Below are positions 34,353 to 46,818 of a DNA stretch of 64,000 nucleotides, one piece after another (the first letter of the stretch is position 1; every line of letters starts with the position of its first letter). The notes below the pieces were generated by a model. That model saw nothing but the letters and a program-made list of their open reading frames with translations. It was not told where the DNA came from and ran no database searches. Position numbers and translations under genes: made by a program. Origin of the DNA: Neodothiora populina (taxonomy: Eukaryota); assembly GCF_041146345.1 (NCBI RefSeq), contig NW_027191409.1, positions 186,001 through 250,000 of the forward strand, read 5' to 3'.

Positions 34353-35620
34353 ATGTATCGTGAGTGCCCACGCCACGAATCTGCAGGAGAGTAATGACTG
34401 AAACAGACACCACAGCAACCATGAGATCAACCAGGCGTTATCCAAACCTGACTGCCGGCGTCAGGGATACACGCCACCTGAGCAGCCCTTATAACTTCAA
34501 CGGCAGCACTACCAGAAGCAGAAGCGCACGTCTGATAGGCAATGACTCTGCTTTTAGTGGTCCCAGAAAAAGACCAGCTGCATCGAGCCAGGCGAATTAC
34601 ATTACTGCTGCGGGACCATTCGGTCGCAGGCCTTTCTTGCCTGTTGAGGACGATGATGATTACAGCAGCGGCGGTGGCGGTGGAGGCGGTGTCAAACGCA
34701 AACGTGAGCGCGAACGTATGAGTATCTACGATGTCGAAAGCGAGGAAGGAGAGGGCGACGATGAGGGACACGATGACGACAACGAAGAAGGAGAGGTGTC
34801 TGGAATTGAGCGCCGCAAGAAGAAACGCACTCAACGATCTATCTTTGACGACCACAACCCTGATGATGTTGATGAGGCCGGTTTCATTCAACACGGGGGT
34901 AGAGCCCTGGGTGCTAGCTCACCAGAAGCATCGGACGCACATTCTTCGCACTCTGTGTCTTCGCCCGATCACTACGCCTCCTCCCAACCGCGAGGCAAAT
35001 CTCCTATGATCGTCATCTCTCCACGAGCATGACGAGGCAAGAAAGGCAGACCTCAACGCAAACGCACCAAGCCATCGAAGTCCACCTCTAAGAAGCCCCC
35101 AGTCCCACGCACCAAAAAGACAGCCAAAGCACCTCGTGCTGTCCCTCCCCCTCACTCCCCCTCCCACTCGACAGCATCAAACACCGAACCCAACACTCCC
35201 GGTCCTAGCCCTCCACCCAGCCCAAGTCGCGTGCAACAACAAGCAGCCCGCCACACCACATCAGCCGGGCCGGCCCAAGAGTGTCTCCTACAACAAGAAG
35301 CCCAAGTCGTCCAACTCCAACAGATCCTGCAGTCGTTCACGACTTCTGTAGATTCGCTCGTAGACATGAGCAACACTATTATTCGGACCCTCGAGACTTT
35401 CTCATCGGCGATCTTGCGGCTGGAAGAGCGTGTGGGCAAACTGGAGAAGAGGATTGAAGGGCTGGAGGGCACTTTGGGAGATGTGCTTCTTCAGGTGGGA
35501 AGGGTGCAGGGTGGAAACACTGGTAATGAGATGCCCGTAGAAGAGACTCCGGCAGATGCGAGGGTCGAGGATGAGAAAACAGATGGTGAGAAGTTCAAGA
35601 CGGAGGCAGAGGAAGGGTAA
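34353..35620 (+). pseudogene. Orphan low-complexity protein with C-terminal coiled coil, interrupted by one in-frame TGA (pseudogene or readthrough)
   Basis: ORFs 34364-35032 and 35231-35620 are in the same frame, with only the TGA at 35030-35032 between them. A possible micro-exon ATGTATC followed by a GTGAGT intron (34360-34406) supplies the start. Confidence 0.5.
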
Positions 35621-36297
35621 AGCATGAGAGAGAGAGAAGGGGACGAGCATCAAGGGGTGGGGAACAGGTTGAGATAGCAGGTCTGACCCCTGATGCTGCT
35701 GCTTCTATCTGCAACATCCGTCGGAACGGATCACGGATAGTGACTCTGGATATGAGAATGGATATGATGGTGAGCTGACACTATAAAAGGTCGGGAGGGA
35801 AAGTCTTCTTCGGAGATTGATATTGCAACGGAGGGAAAATAAGGGCGGGATGAGGAATACTACATCAGGTGATGAAAGCCGAAATTGGAGGAAAGGGTAC
35901 AATATGTGCCTTCCTTCACCAAGGTATCTTACCTGCTGATGGGGTTGGAGGGGGTTCCTCTCTAAGCTGGATCTGACTGCGTACCTATCTTACGTACAGT
36001 GCTCTAGCAGTCACCACATCATATACTGCTGCTTCATCAACATGCGATGGCTGAGGTGGCTGGCAAAATGCGAAATCAATTGATCTGAAACGGGAAAAAG
36101 TGATTGACCCCGTTGATGCCCATGTGCTGTGCTGTATGCTCTTGTCTGATGGCATACAATCAAGTGCAAGCTGATGGATAAGCCTGTCTGATTGCTGCTC
36201 TCTCGAGACCGAAAACAGTGAGAAAAGAACGCCTTCAAAACGCCATGCTCCATGCAGTTTACCCTTCACTCGTCGCGTTCCTGTCCCTACTTTTCCT

Positions 36298-36948
36298 CTA
36301 CGCCACAACAGCAGCAGCAGCACCACTCTTCTTATCCTCGACCTCCTTGAAAAGCATCACCAACTCCTCGACCCCTCTCTTATCCCCTCCCGCGCTCTCA
36401 AAATCAATACCTTCCCTCAACACCTCCCCAGCCTCAGCCAACCTGCCCATCTCCTTCAAGCAATTCGCCCGTCTCCACCACCCCTTCGCATTCCCCACCT
36501 TCTTCAACTCCGTAGCGCTGAAGGCATCCAGCGCCGCCTCGGCCCACATTCTCCGCGCCATGTACCCCTGACTCCTGTTGCCGTACAGCATACTCAGCTC
36601 CTCGCGCACCAGACCCGCAGGCTCCCACACGGGTCTCTGAGCCGCCATGTCGAGCGCCAGAGTGTACATCTTGCAGGCGTCGGCGTAGGCGCCCTTCTTG
36701 TAGCTCGCGTTGCCCGCCTCGCGCAGCTTGGTGATTTGCGCGCTGCGTTTGGGGTTCACGGGCACGGGCGGTGGCGGCACCCCGAGCGGGTTCTCGATGT
36801 CTTTTATGAAGGACCGGTGCAGTTGGTTCAGTGCTGTCAGTTCGGCTTCTAGCGCTGCCGAGGTGTAGGTTGAGGATGAGGTCGAGATTGCTTTCGTAGA
36901 TGGGTCGATGGCGAGGGGCAGTTGCGTGAATGTGTCTGGTCCTTCCAT
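36298..36948 (-). CDS. SEC72: Sec62/63 complex TPR subunit Sec72
   Basis: MEGPDTFTQLPLAIDP..ELTALNQLHR..VPPPPVPVNPKRSAQITKLREAGN..RPVWEPAGLVREELSMLYGNRSQ..KGWWRRANCL. Confidence 0.9.
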   Translation of the reverse strand: MEGPDTFTQLPLAIDPSTKAISTSSSTYTSAALEAELTALNQLHRSFIKDIENPLGVPPPPVPVNPKRSAQITKLREAGNASYKKGAYADACKMYTLALDMAAQRPVWEPAGLVREELSMLYGNRSQGYMARRMWAEAALDAFSATELKKVGNAKGWWRRANCLKEMGRLAEAGEVLREGIDFESAGGDKRGVEELVMLFKEVEDKKSGAAAAVVA

Positions 36949-37907
36949 TTTGGGGGAGGTTGATGGGTTGGGCCTGAATACGGGTTTCTGGGTTTCTGGG
37001 TTTCTCCTTGTCTTTGAGTGGTGAAGTGTCAGGATACAGTCCTGGTTGATATGATTCCACTGATATCTAGAATTTGTGTTGATGTCTAGATGGAATACAT
37101 CAAACATCAACCGACTCGTTGTTTCATACAAAGTTACAGCTGGCTTTCCATGTCGCTGCGCTATCGATAAGCTCCCCAGTAATCATCATTCAATCAATAA
37201 AGCCGTGGAATACTCCGACGCTCTATCTTTCTCTCTCACAAGCATTAGATGTGCTGACACTGTCTTTTTCTACTTGTGCACAAGTCATGCCAAAGGACAG
37301 GATACGCAAAAGTACATTGCTGGCTTTCACGCCGCAGTCTAGATATATACCTCTAGCTCTACAAGGTTTACAATGAAGCCAATGGCATGCATAGCATAAG
37401 CTCCCTCATCAGAAATATATCATTCAACCAGCGGGTAACCAAGCCAATAAGGAAGACTCCGAAAGCCTGTACTGCACCCAAACCCCTCTTTTCCAGTAGC
37501 TTGTGGTGCCTTCGACTGTGCATGGCCATGATCTACCTCAAGTATTCGCAAGCCGAGATCTTGTCGGATAGGATCGAATCCGCATGCATATCGTGCCCCT
37601 CGCCTTCTACTGTATGGCTCCAATCAGATAGCACCGGCCTTGACTCGGGACTAACTCCGACCGTACGAAGCAACAATGCGCTCCGGGGTGCGTTGCTGCA
37701 TTGTGATATATGTACGACGTCGAATGCGACTTGTCGTAAGCGGACCATTCGCCAACTCAATCTGCCTGGCGAAGCTGTCGTAAAACCGGGAGTCATGGTA
37801 ACTCGCCGAGACGAAAAGTCTCGGTCATGAAAACAAGAAACTGGCGCAACGGAGTCTCCTCCAACATCCAATGAATGCTTCTCTGACCCGTCCATCGGTA
37901 CGCCGCA

Positions 37908-39054
37908 TCATGCATTGGCAACTTCGGCAGAGTCCTCGACTTGGTAGAGGCGGGGTAGATAGAATTTGGTGTTCTCATAGACCAGGAACGTTACACAAGT
38001 CGTCGGTAGAACTCGGATGAGATTTGGTCCCAGTCTGATCAGCTATTAGCACAATTGCACGAGAAACATGGCAGACAAAGCACGATGACGACATACCCTT
38101 TGTAAAAACCTCTCAGGCCTTCTCTAGCCCAAACTTTGCGCACGACATCGCTGGCGCCTCTGTACTGCGAGTTTGCGTCGTAAGTCTGCAGACGGGCTCT
38201 GACAACTTGGTAGGGGTAGGTGATGGAGCCGGCGAACATCTTGCTGAAGGCGCTGAGAGTTAGGAAATCCATGTTGGTGAGTTCGTCCTTGCCGCCTCTT
38301 GCAATGCTCCAGTGGTTCTTGAGCTGCTCATAGGCCATGAATTGAATCGCGCCATGGCTCACTCCGAATAACGATGGCACTAGTCCTCTGTAGAATCCGC
38401 GAATACCCTCTGTGGCCCATATGTGGGAGCATCCGTGTCGTACTGACTGGTAAGCTCCAGGAGTATTCTTGGCGGTTGAGAGCATGCGCGTCTTGATGAC
38501 CCAGATGGGGTTTGTGAAGAAGGCAGTAAGGATGCCAGATGCTCCGGACGCAATGAAGTAGTCGGCCGAGGTCAGGTTTCCCTGTGTGCCGCGCCACGAT
38601 CCTATGGTATCTTTGATATTGCTGTACCTGTTATGGGTGTGAGACGAAAGTGAGCGTCCGTCGCGACGCATGGCTCAAGCATACCACATGAAATATAAAG
38701 CCCAACTGATAGAGTTGCCGATCATGTTAGGCATGAGTCCACGATACAGGGCGGCGTAGGAGCCTTCATTTTTGAGTATATTGCGCACTATGCGCGCCGA
38801 GTCTCCTAATCGAGAGGGCGAATTTTGGTCGACTGTGCATCATCGCAAGTCAATCGACTTGTCGTGGGTCAAGTTGGGATACGTCTTCATGATCAGCAAG
38901 AACGAGGCTCACCTTGGAGTCGCGTCTTGACGACATCGAAAGGGTGGGCGACCAGAGTCGAAACAATTCCAGCGGTGAATCCAGCGGTGCTCTCTACGAG
39001 GGAGGGGGAGAGGACGGCCGACTTGCCCTCAATGGGAGGGTAAACTCGGGGCAT
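37908..39054 (-). CDS. FLX1: Mitochondrial carrier, folate/FAD (Flx1/SLC25A32-like)
   Basis: Four exons; three carrier signatures HPFDVVKTRLQ, NPIWVIKTRM, YPYQVVRARLQ; also GNSISWALYFMWY and GVSHGAIQFMAYE. Confidence 0.85.
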
Positions 39055-40523
39055 GACGCAAGTGTTGAGAATGTTGACAATGTCGTGATCATGCTGGATT
39101 GCACGCTGTTCTGCTAGAAATACAAAAGCAAGACGACATCAAAACGCGAGTTGCAGATGATGCTCTGTGCATTTAAGAGTTGTGGAGTAGGTAAGTTGGA
39201 TGCGCATAAGAGTCCAGACAACAGTACGGAGACCTTGGTGATTGTGTCATACAGCATCTCACCTTACTTGCTGTACGGCCGAAAATGCCGAAACGCCGAG
39301 AAGCTGGAAGAGAAGCACTGCAGATAGGGGCCATCACTCAGCTATGCACTGTCAAAGTATATGTAGCCATGTTGCCGGGGCCCACCTACAGAACCTGGTT
39401 CATGGGGCCGCGACGCTCTTTTTCTTCTTCTTCTCACAAGGCTGACGAGCAGCTACGGCTACGGCTACGGCTACGTATATCTATGCTTGTCGTCATAGAC
39501 TTGCACTGTTTGTACGAAGAAGGAATGGTATGTCATTGTGAAGAGACGCAGTGAACGCAGAGTCCGACATGATTCAGATGAGGCCAGATTCTGAAATATG
39601 ATTGGACACTTTATACACAGCATGCTGGTAGGAAGGAACGAGCGAACAAGATGCTATGCAGGTCCTTCAAACATGCACATGCTTTCAATGCGAACAAAGG
39701 TAGATAACGACACAGAAGTCTGTGAGTGTCTTGTGCTGTCTCGAAAACCCATGACTTTTGACGTACATCTGTGTGACTGGGCAATGCAGCAGGCATATTG
39801 ATACAGCAGTCGGCGTGGAAATAAAAGTCAACATACGTAAAGGTATGTTATTGCATTAAAGCTCAAGGTACTGTACCTTATGATAAAGTCATGGTTTGAT
39901 TATAATCTTGTGACGCCCCGCCAATCCAAGTAGCCCACGCGGGTGGGACAGCGGAATCGCTTGGCTGTCTGTGTGGCGGCGCCCTCCGCCCCGCCCTCTG
40001 GACTGACAGAATGGCCGAAGCTCGGGCCAATAGTGCCTCCTCCAGCGCTGGCGTTGTGGTTATGGCTTCCACTCATTGCGACATGAGGGATCGAATTCCG
40101 AGAAGAAGATCTACCCGCTAGCATTGACTGATTCGTACAAGAAAACATTGCAAAACAGACCTCTGGATTACTCTGGTCTCACTCGAGCCACCACGCCAAT
40201 ACTGAGATTGCTGCAAGCTGGCCTCAAAACCTCGTCGTCTCGTTTTGCGACAGATACGAACAACTCCGACTACAAACAAGAACCGAGAGCGACAACAGCC
40301 AGGAAGGGGGCAGGAGGGGGCATCCAAGTCGAGCCACTCATTGAGTATCAAGTGATTTTACTGGTCAGCAAAAGGAAGACATCGTTACCTGTTATTCGCG
40401 CCGAAGGACTCGTGCTTGCCCATTCTCCCATAAAGCAGCGCGCCGACCGACGCCTCTCCTTCCTATTTTACTTTCTCGCGCCTGCCGAAACAGCGCTCTG
40501 CTTGAGCAAGTACGACGACCAAA

Positions 40524-42142
40524 ATGCCACCAGCCGTGGGGAGAATGCACGCGAGCCACATGTCAAACCCTTTCGCACATTTGAATCCGAGTCAGACGAT
40601 ACCACAGTCACATTACCAACAACAGCAATCCCAATCAATACCACAAGCTCTCGCCAGACCATCAGCATACACGGCTTCAAATCTCAATGGCGGTATAAGC
40701 CCTTTCGCACAAAATGCCGGCAGCATGGCCTCATTACAGAGCGCTTATTCGGGCAGTGGGTTAGGAGGGGCTGGTTCTGGATTGGCTAGTGAGGCTGCGT
40801 TCCGAGGTTTTGCTCACGGGGCCGCTCTTCAGCAACAGCAACAACACCAGCAAGAAGCTGCGCAGTTGGCGTCGAAGCCTGGTCTTGGAGGCAGGATAAG
40901 GGATGTCTGGGCACCCAACTTCGAGTCTGAGATGGTTCTGTTACGAGAGCTCATCACAAAGTATCCCTACGTCAGCATGGTCAGTAGCTTCAACCAGTCG
41001 TCAAACTTGTTTTCAATCATACTAAATTACAGATGCAGGACGCCGAATTTCCGGGTATAGTAGCCCGACCTATCGGCAACTTCGAGAACAAGGCATCATA
41101 TCACTACCAGACTCTACGGTGTAACGTCGACTTGCTAAAACCTATCCAACTCGGCATTACCATCTGGACACCGGAAGGCGAGCTGCCTCCGCAGCAACCA
41201 GACCCTTCCTTCATGCAACGATCACCTTACCTCAACAACCTCATGCTGGTTCCCTGCACTTGGTCATTCAACTTCCGCTTTTCTCTTGACGAAGACATGT
41301 ACGCCGAGGGCTCCATTGAACTCCTCAAGAAGGCTGGTCTCGACTTCCGAAAACATCAAGAATCGGGGATTGATCTCAACACATTCGGCGCCGCTCTCAC
41401 TTCGTCCGGTCTCACCTTCATGGAGGATGTCAACTGGTTATCTTTCCACTCTGGATACGATTTCGGCTACTTGATCAAGCTTCTGACGGATGCACCACTG
41501 CCTGCCGAGGAGAACGACTTCCGCGAGCTGGTAAAGATCTACTTTCCCAAATTGTGGGATATCAAGTTCCTCCTCCGCCACGCTCAACGCTCACTCGCTC
41601 CGCAAAACCGCCTTAGTCCCACCGGCGCAGCCATTATCACAGCTCTGGGCCAGAAGTCTGGCCTGCAAGATCTCGCCGAAGAGCTAGGCTGCCAACGTCA
41701 CGGCGCAGCCCACACAGGCGGTTCCGACGCATGGCTGACAGGTTCCATCTTCTGGGCAATGAAGAACAAGATCTTTGACGGCCACGCGCCGGAAGAACTC
41801 GCCGACCAGATCTACGGTCTCCACGGCGTCGGTCCCCCAGCCAGCGCAGCGTTCAGAGACGAGTTCCTCATGTCAAGCGGCGGCGGTCAGCCAACTCACC
41901 CAGGTCAACACACTCCCCAGACCAATGGCTCCACGCTAGCTTTCCACACCGGACACACGCCTACGACGCATCGAGGTGAACCCAGCACACCTACCACTTC
42001 CCACGCAAACGCTGCGGGAGGCATGTCAGGCACACCCGGTCCCACGCACTTTTCTCAACACCACGCTGCTGCCGCCGCTGCCGCCGCCGCTAGCGGTCTC
42101 GGATCGGGGGGCGTGTTCGGCAACTTCCAGTACGCCAAATAG
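40524..42142 (+). CDS. POP2: CCR4-NOT deadenylase subunit Caf1/Pop2 (DEDD nuclease)
   Basis: Exon 1 40524-40979, intron 40980-41038. IRDVWAPN..YPYVSMDAEFPGIVARPIG..YQTLRCNVDLL..WLSFHSGYDFGYL..HTGGSDAWLT. Confidence 0.94.
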
Positions 42143-43233
42143 AATAGGCGTTCGCGATTGGAGAATTCAACTGGTAACAAACGTCTGCGCATACACTAGC
42201 ATCTCCGTATCACATTAAGGAGGTGGTGCAACGGGGAAAAGACAATGTCAAAGTGGTCGGGCGCAATTAGTTCTGGAGCTGGTTAGATGGCGATGGTGGT
42301 CCGGGTGCGGAGTGGTTGTTCTTGTTCGTCATGTTTGTTCTTTTCTCTTCTTCTTCTTCTTCTTCTTGATCCGTAACGCATCTGCAATGAGACAGGAAAG
42401 GAATCAAAAATATACTTTGTATATTCTCTCGCTCATTGCCATCTCCCTTTGCTTGTCTTCTATGGAGTGTCCGGGTCGTGCATAAGTAACCAATGATCAC
42501 AAACACTCACTGTGAAAACGATGGCTTGATCATCAGATCTACTATAGTAGCGCGAACCAATGAGTGACCCAGAAAGCAATCCCTAACCAAGCCTAGAGTT
42601 CGTAAATGAGCTCTGCTCTGTGTGTACAGGGGTTCATGAATGCTTTCTTGACAGTGTTATGAGTTCTGTGTTTCGTTTCAATATGTTGGCAGTGGTAGAG
42701 GGAGGGGTTGCGCCGTAAAATACACTGTGCCCCAGCCACCCCCCTCTCACGATCAAGGCATGATTGCAGCCCAGAAAGTTGCGACGGGGACCCTGTCCAT
42801 GCTCATCACTTTATCGCACACGATTTTCAATTCTGATTATCTATGTTGTTGCTTGATTTTCGCGGACTACTGGGTCAGAGTCTCAGGAATGGATATGGAC
42901 TTGTTCCTAGGGATATTTGTGGGTCCTTCTGGGGAATATTGGCGTCCTCGAGGATGAATACGTGGATTGATGGCTCTTGATGCGATTCGGAGGGCATATA
43001 CTACTCAAGGTTACACTCGTATGCGATTTGAGTATGCTAAGCTACGCAATGTACAGAAACAGGAAAGAGCAGTAAGCGAGGTGAGTATTGTTTGCTATTA
43101 ATCCCCTCTTGACTAGATTCGAGCTGTCATCATACTCCGAAATTCTACCTCGTCAAAATGATATATGCTCCCACAAGTATTCTTACATCAATATGTCATC
43201 AAATATCCTACAAAACTAATCACCCAAGCCACA

Positions 43234-45848
43234 TCACAGAACCGTCCGTGACCCCGACAGCTGATCAGAACCAGGATCTACCACTCCCGCGATAGCTTCC
43301 GCAGAAGACGACGCTGCTGCTGCAACATCCTGGGGCCAGAAAGAGACATCGTTATTGTACAACATCCAGTCGTCAAAGTTCCAGTCCAACAGTTCGGTCA
43401 TACTCGTGCTATGCGTCGAGGGTATGCCTGTGCCGCCTCCGGCGCTGTTGTTGTACAGTGCTTGGAACTCGTCGCCTCCACTCAGCGCTATGCTGTCTAG
43501 GCTTGTTTGTTGTCTTTGTTGCATACTCGACACATCTGGAGGGTCTGGTGCGGCGTCTCTTCTACTCCCTGTAGAATACGCCTGTGCTGATGGTCTTGAT
43601 AAGTCAAAGGACGGCTTTTCCTTATTCTTTTTCTTTTCAACGGGTCCATCGTACGAGGCCGCTCGAGCAGCAAATGCCGGTTCTTGGTTCTCCACAATGT
43701 ACTTGAACAACTCCAAGATCCTGTCGCACCCCGAAGGTGTCTTCTTCTGCTCCGACAGCGGCAGTTGACTTCGCAGGAGGTCATATACCGCAAAAGTAAA
43801 AGTCCATTGCAAGTTTCCAGATCGGAGCAGGCGGTCTTCGAATAACGTGAGTGCCGTGTTAGCCACGTCTACAAGAGCTTGTGCTGTACCAGGATCGTCG
43901 AGGGTAAGTATGCTACTTCCGGTACCAATGCGATTGCGCTGGGTTTCCTCGCTGCTACCATTGCCTCTTGGCAGAGTGCCTAGGTGGCCTACAGAAACAA
44001 ATATGCGCACCAGACCGTGCCGGAAGAGCAGCATGAAAGTCCGACACACACCCGGAAGAGCCTGGAGCTGACGCAAGGCAGACCGTGACGTGGTGAGAAA
44101 GACGGTCCGAGATATGACAAGGTGCATAGTCGAAGTAGCCTGGCGAGCTGCATATGTATGCAGAGTAAGCATAAACTGCTCAAGCTGGATACGCAACAGA
44201 GTAAACTTTTGAGCTACTATGGACGAGACATCAGCTGTGCTTGGCCTTGCATCACTAACTGGCGAGGTATTTGCGTTGGCTGCTACGACGGGGCTATGGC
44301 TAGGCCAGTCGGGGAGTTCCGATATGTGTTGCTCGATTGCTCGGGTGTAGGCAATAATGTCTTCGTAGCTCAATCCAGGATCGAACTTGTTGAGAATCGT
44401 TGTCAGCCTGGCTCGCAGCGTATGACTACGGGCAGAAAGGCGAAAATATGTCATTTTAGTGACTTCCGTGTCAGGCCTAGGGTCAGGTAGCTCCCGGCTA
44501 TCCACATTGAAATCTTCGTCATGATTGTTTGACGGCAAACCGCAATCACTGGCATATTCTAGTGCAACAGCAGGCATACCTCGGTCGAGAGATGCCTTCA
44601 AATCCATCTCAACGATGAAATACCATATTCTCTTGCGCATTTCTTGATCGAAAGGTGAAGCCTCATTCTGCAACATGGTCGTATCACGATGCAAGCCAGC
44701 GGCAACGGCAAGCCTGAGAAAGGTCCCGATATCAACCCATCTTCGCTTTGCCTTGATACTGTTCATTTCCTTCGCTATAAGCAGAAGACAGTGTATCTGG
44801 AAATAGGCCAGGGTAGTATGCTTGTGACTCTGCTCCTGCAGCCACATTTCGCAAGCTTCGATTGCTTGCACTGCCCTCTCCCGCGAAACTGGACTATCGG
44901 CAACATAAAGTCGAGGGTTCTCTTCCATAAAGCACTCCACACACGCGATCATAAGAAGTACTGTAACCGTAAAGGCAGGCGTTGCAGCTCTCGGGCTCTC
45001 GCAGAATGATTTGTAGTCTCTGGTAAAAGATGGAGTGTGAAACAAGCCATACACAGCATCTATGGTGTCGAAGTAGGTCGAAATCATCGCATCTGCGCGA
45101 TCGCGACTTGGTAGATGAGTCAACAAATCCGGATGAGGGCGCTTGTCCTTTTCTTTCTCGATTGACTTCTTGAGTTGTCGAAGTTCACCTAGTTCCCTTC
45201 GAACACGCACAAGTGCCGGCGATCTGGAAATGACTTCTCTGGCAAAAGTGAAGGCTTCTGGGACATCCGCCATAGCACTCCGAGGATCGGTCGCGCCATG
45301 GAATTGGGTCTTGAAAGACTTGCCACGGAAGTGCACCGTCTGGCTCGTCTGCGATTGACCTTGGTCATATGAAGATGCCAGATTGTGAGGACTTGAGTTT
45401 GACGTAAAGTCTTTCAACCCAGAGCTCATAGGGTACTCTGTACGGCCATCTCTCAGGCGTTCTATCGTCCTCTCCTGGTGCAATAATCGCGATAGCAAAT
45501 CATCCCAGACTTCCCTGCTCACCGTGACTGATGGCTGCGTTGGCTTGGCGACATTGCCAGAGGTGGGAGCGACTGAGCCATTGACGCTAATGCTGCCGTG
45601 ATTCACCGGAGGCGGATCGTCTTCATAAGTGCAAGCAGCACTTTTACCAGCTTTTACACACCTGTTGCAGGCCGGGAGGCCTCTGTCACATTGCACCTGC
45701 AAGCGTGTTAAATGTCGAGTCAAGTGGCCGGACTTACCAAGTCGAAGTATTTACCTACCTTGCGACGACGACAGTCCGTGCAAGACAGAACCTTTCTTCT
45801 CCTCTTACGAGCATGACCCTCGACATCAGGTGATTGATCATGGTCCAT
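43234..45848 (-). CDS. Zn(II)2Cys6 transcription factor with fungal-specific TF domain
   Basis: RKRRRKVLSCTDCRRRK/VQCDRGLPACNRCVKAGKSAAC across intron 45758-45697; AVAAGLHRD..QEMRKRIWYFIVEMD. Confidence 0.9.
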
Positions 45849-46818
45849 GCTACCTGACTGAGATGGAATACCGAGTTTGGTTGTTGAAACGCATGCGAGT
45901 GGTATACGAGCATTAGTCTTATCTATACGACGGACTAGACCGCGTCGCGTCGCAATTGCCTTGAGTAATCCTACGAGACAAGCTTCTGTACCGCCATTAC
46001 CATTTCGAGAGCCTGGAAAAGACAACAGGTAACTATGTCACTTCCTGCATGTCCGAGGCTTAACTCCGGGACAATCCGGTAAGCAGAAGGGAATGCTTCG
46101 CTTGATTGCTGGAGGGAAGGCCGCACTTTTTTATCTTTTTGAACCACGTCGTTACCAAAACCTCCTTCGGGGCAGTCGACGCAGCAGTGTGGACACCAAG
46201 AGTCTAGGTTGATAATTTGACTATATGCCATTACGCCATATCGCGGTGACCTGCCTGTCCCTAAGAGACATATCTCTAAGGTTACCTATCGAACGGCCAG
46301 AATTGGTCATCGAGTCAAGGACATGCCGTCCACCACATCGGCCTTGACTGTCCAGGTTGACTATGAGTTTTTCGTACAATCGCCCGCAATTGGGTCAACG
46401 TCCGGGCAATCGCCGGGGTTTTTTGTACATGTATCATCGCAAAAGAGCGACCCCGACCGTGATCAGGCAGGTTTGTCCACGCCCGAGCCACGCCATTCGT
46501 TTAGGTAAATCAGACCCTGAGAGATCAGATCGGCGAGCCTCACGTTGCAAAGTCACTAAACCTGTTTGGGAAAAACAACCCATCGCTATCCTTATCAGTC
46601 CTGCGGTGGCTGTTTATCGCGGGGCCATGGTGAATAGTATGAGGACAAATCGTAACAGGCCATGGAATCCATAGCTGGCTGTAGAAATAAGTAAGACTGC
46701 TTCGTCCTGTTGTAGCTCAATTCTCTTTTCTCATTCATCTACCTTGTCCCACCTCTCTACCTCTTCTCTTTCTCAGAATCTACCCATCTGAGGATTATAT
46801 CTACTTCACACATACACA

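Noticed and set aside
37387..37830. 147-aa ORF between SEC72 and the carrier gene
   Set aside because: No motifs or coding-like composition; the region is likely UTR or promoter.
40076..40789. 237-codon ORF overlapping the CAF1 start as a possible uORF
   Set aside because: Starts at TTG, has no in-frame ATG and shows no recognisable motif.
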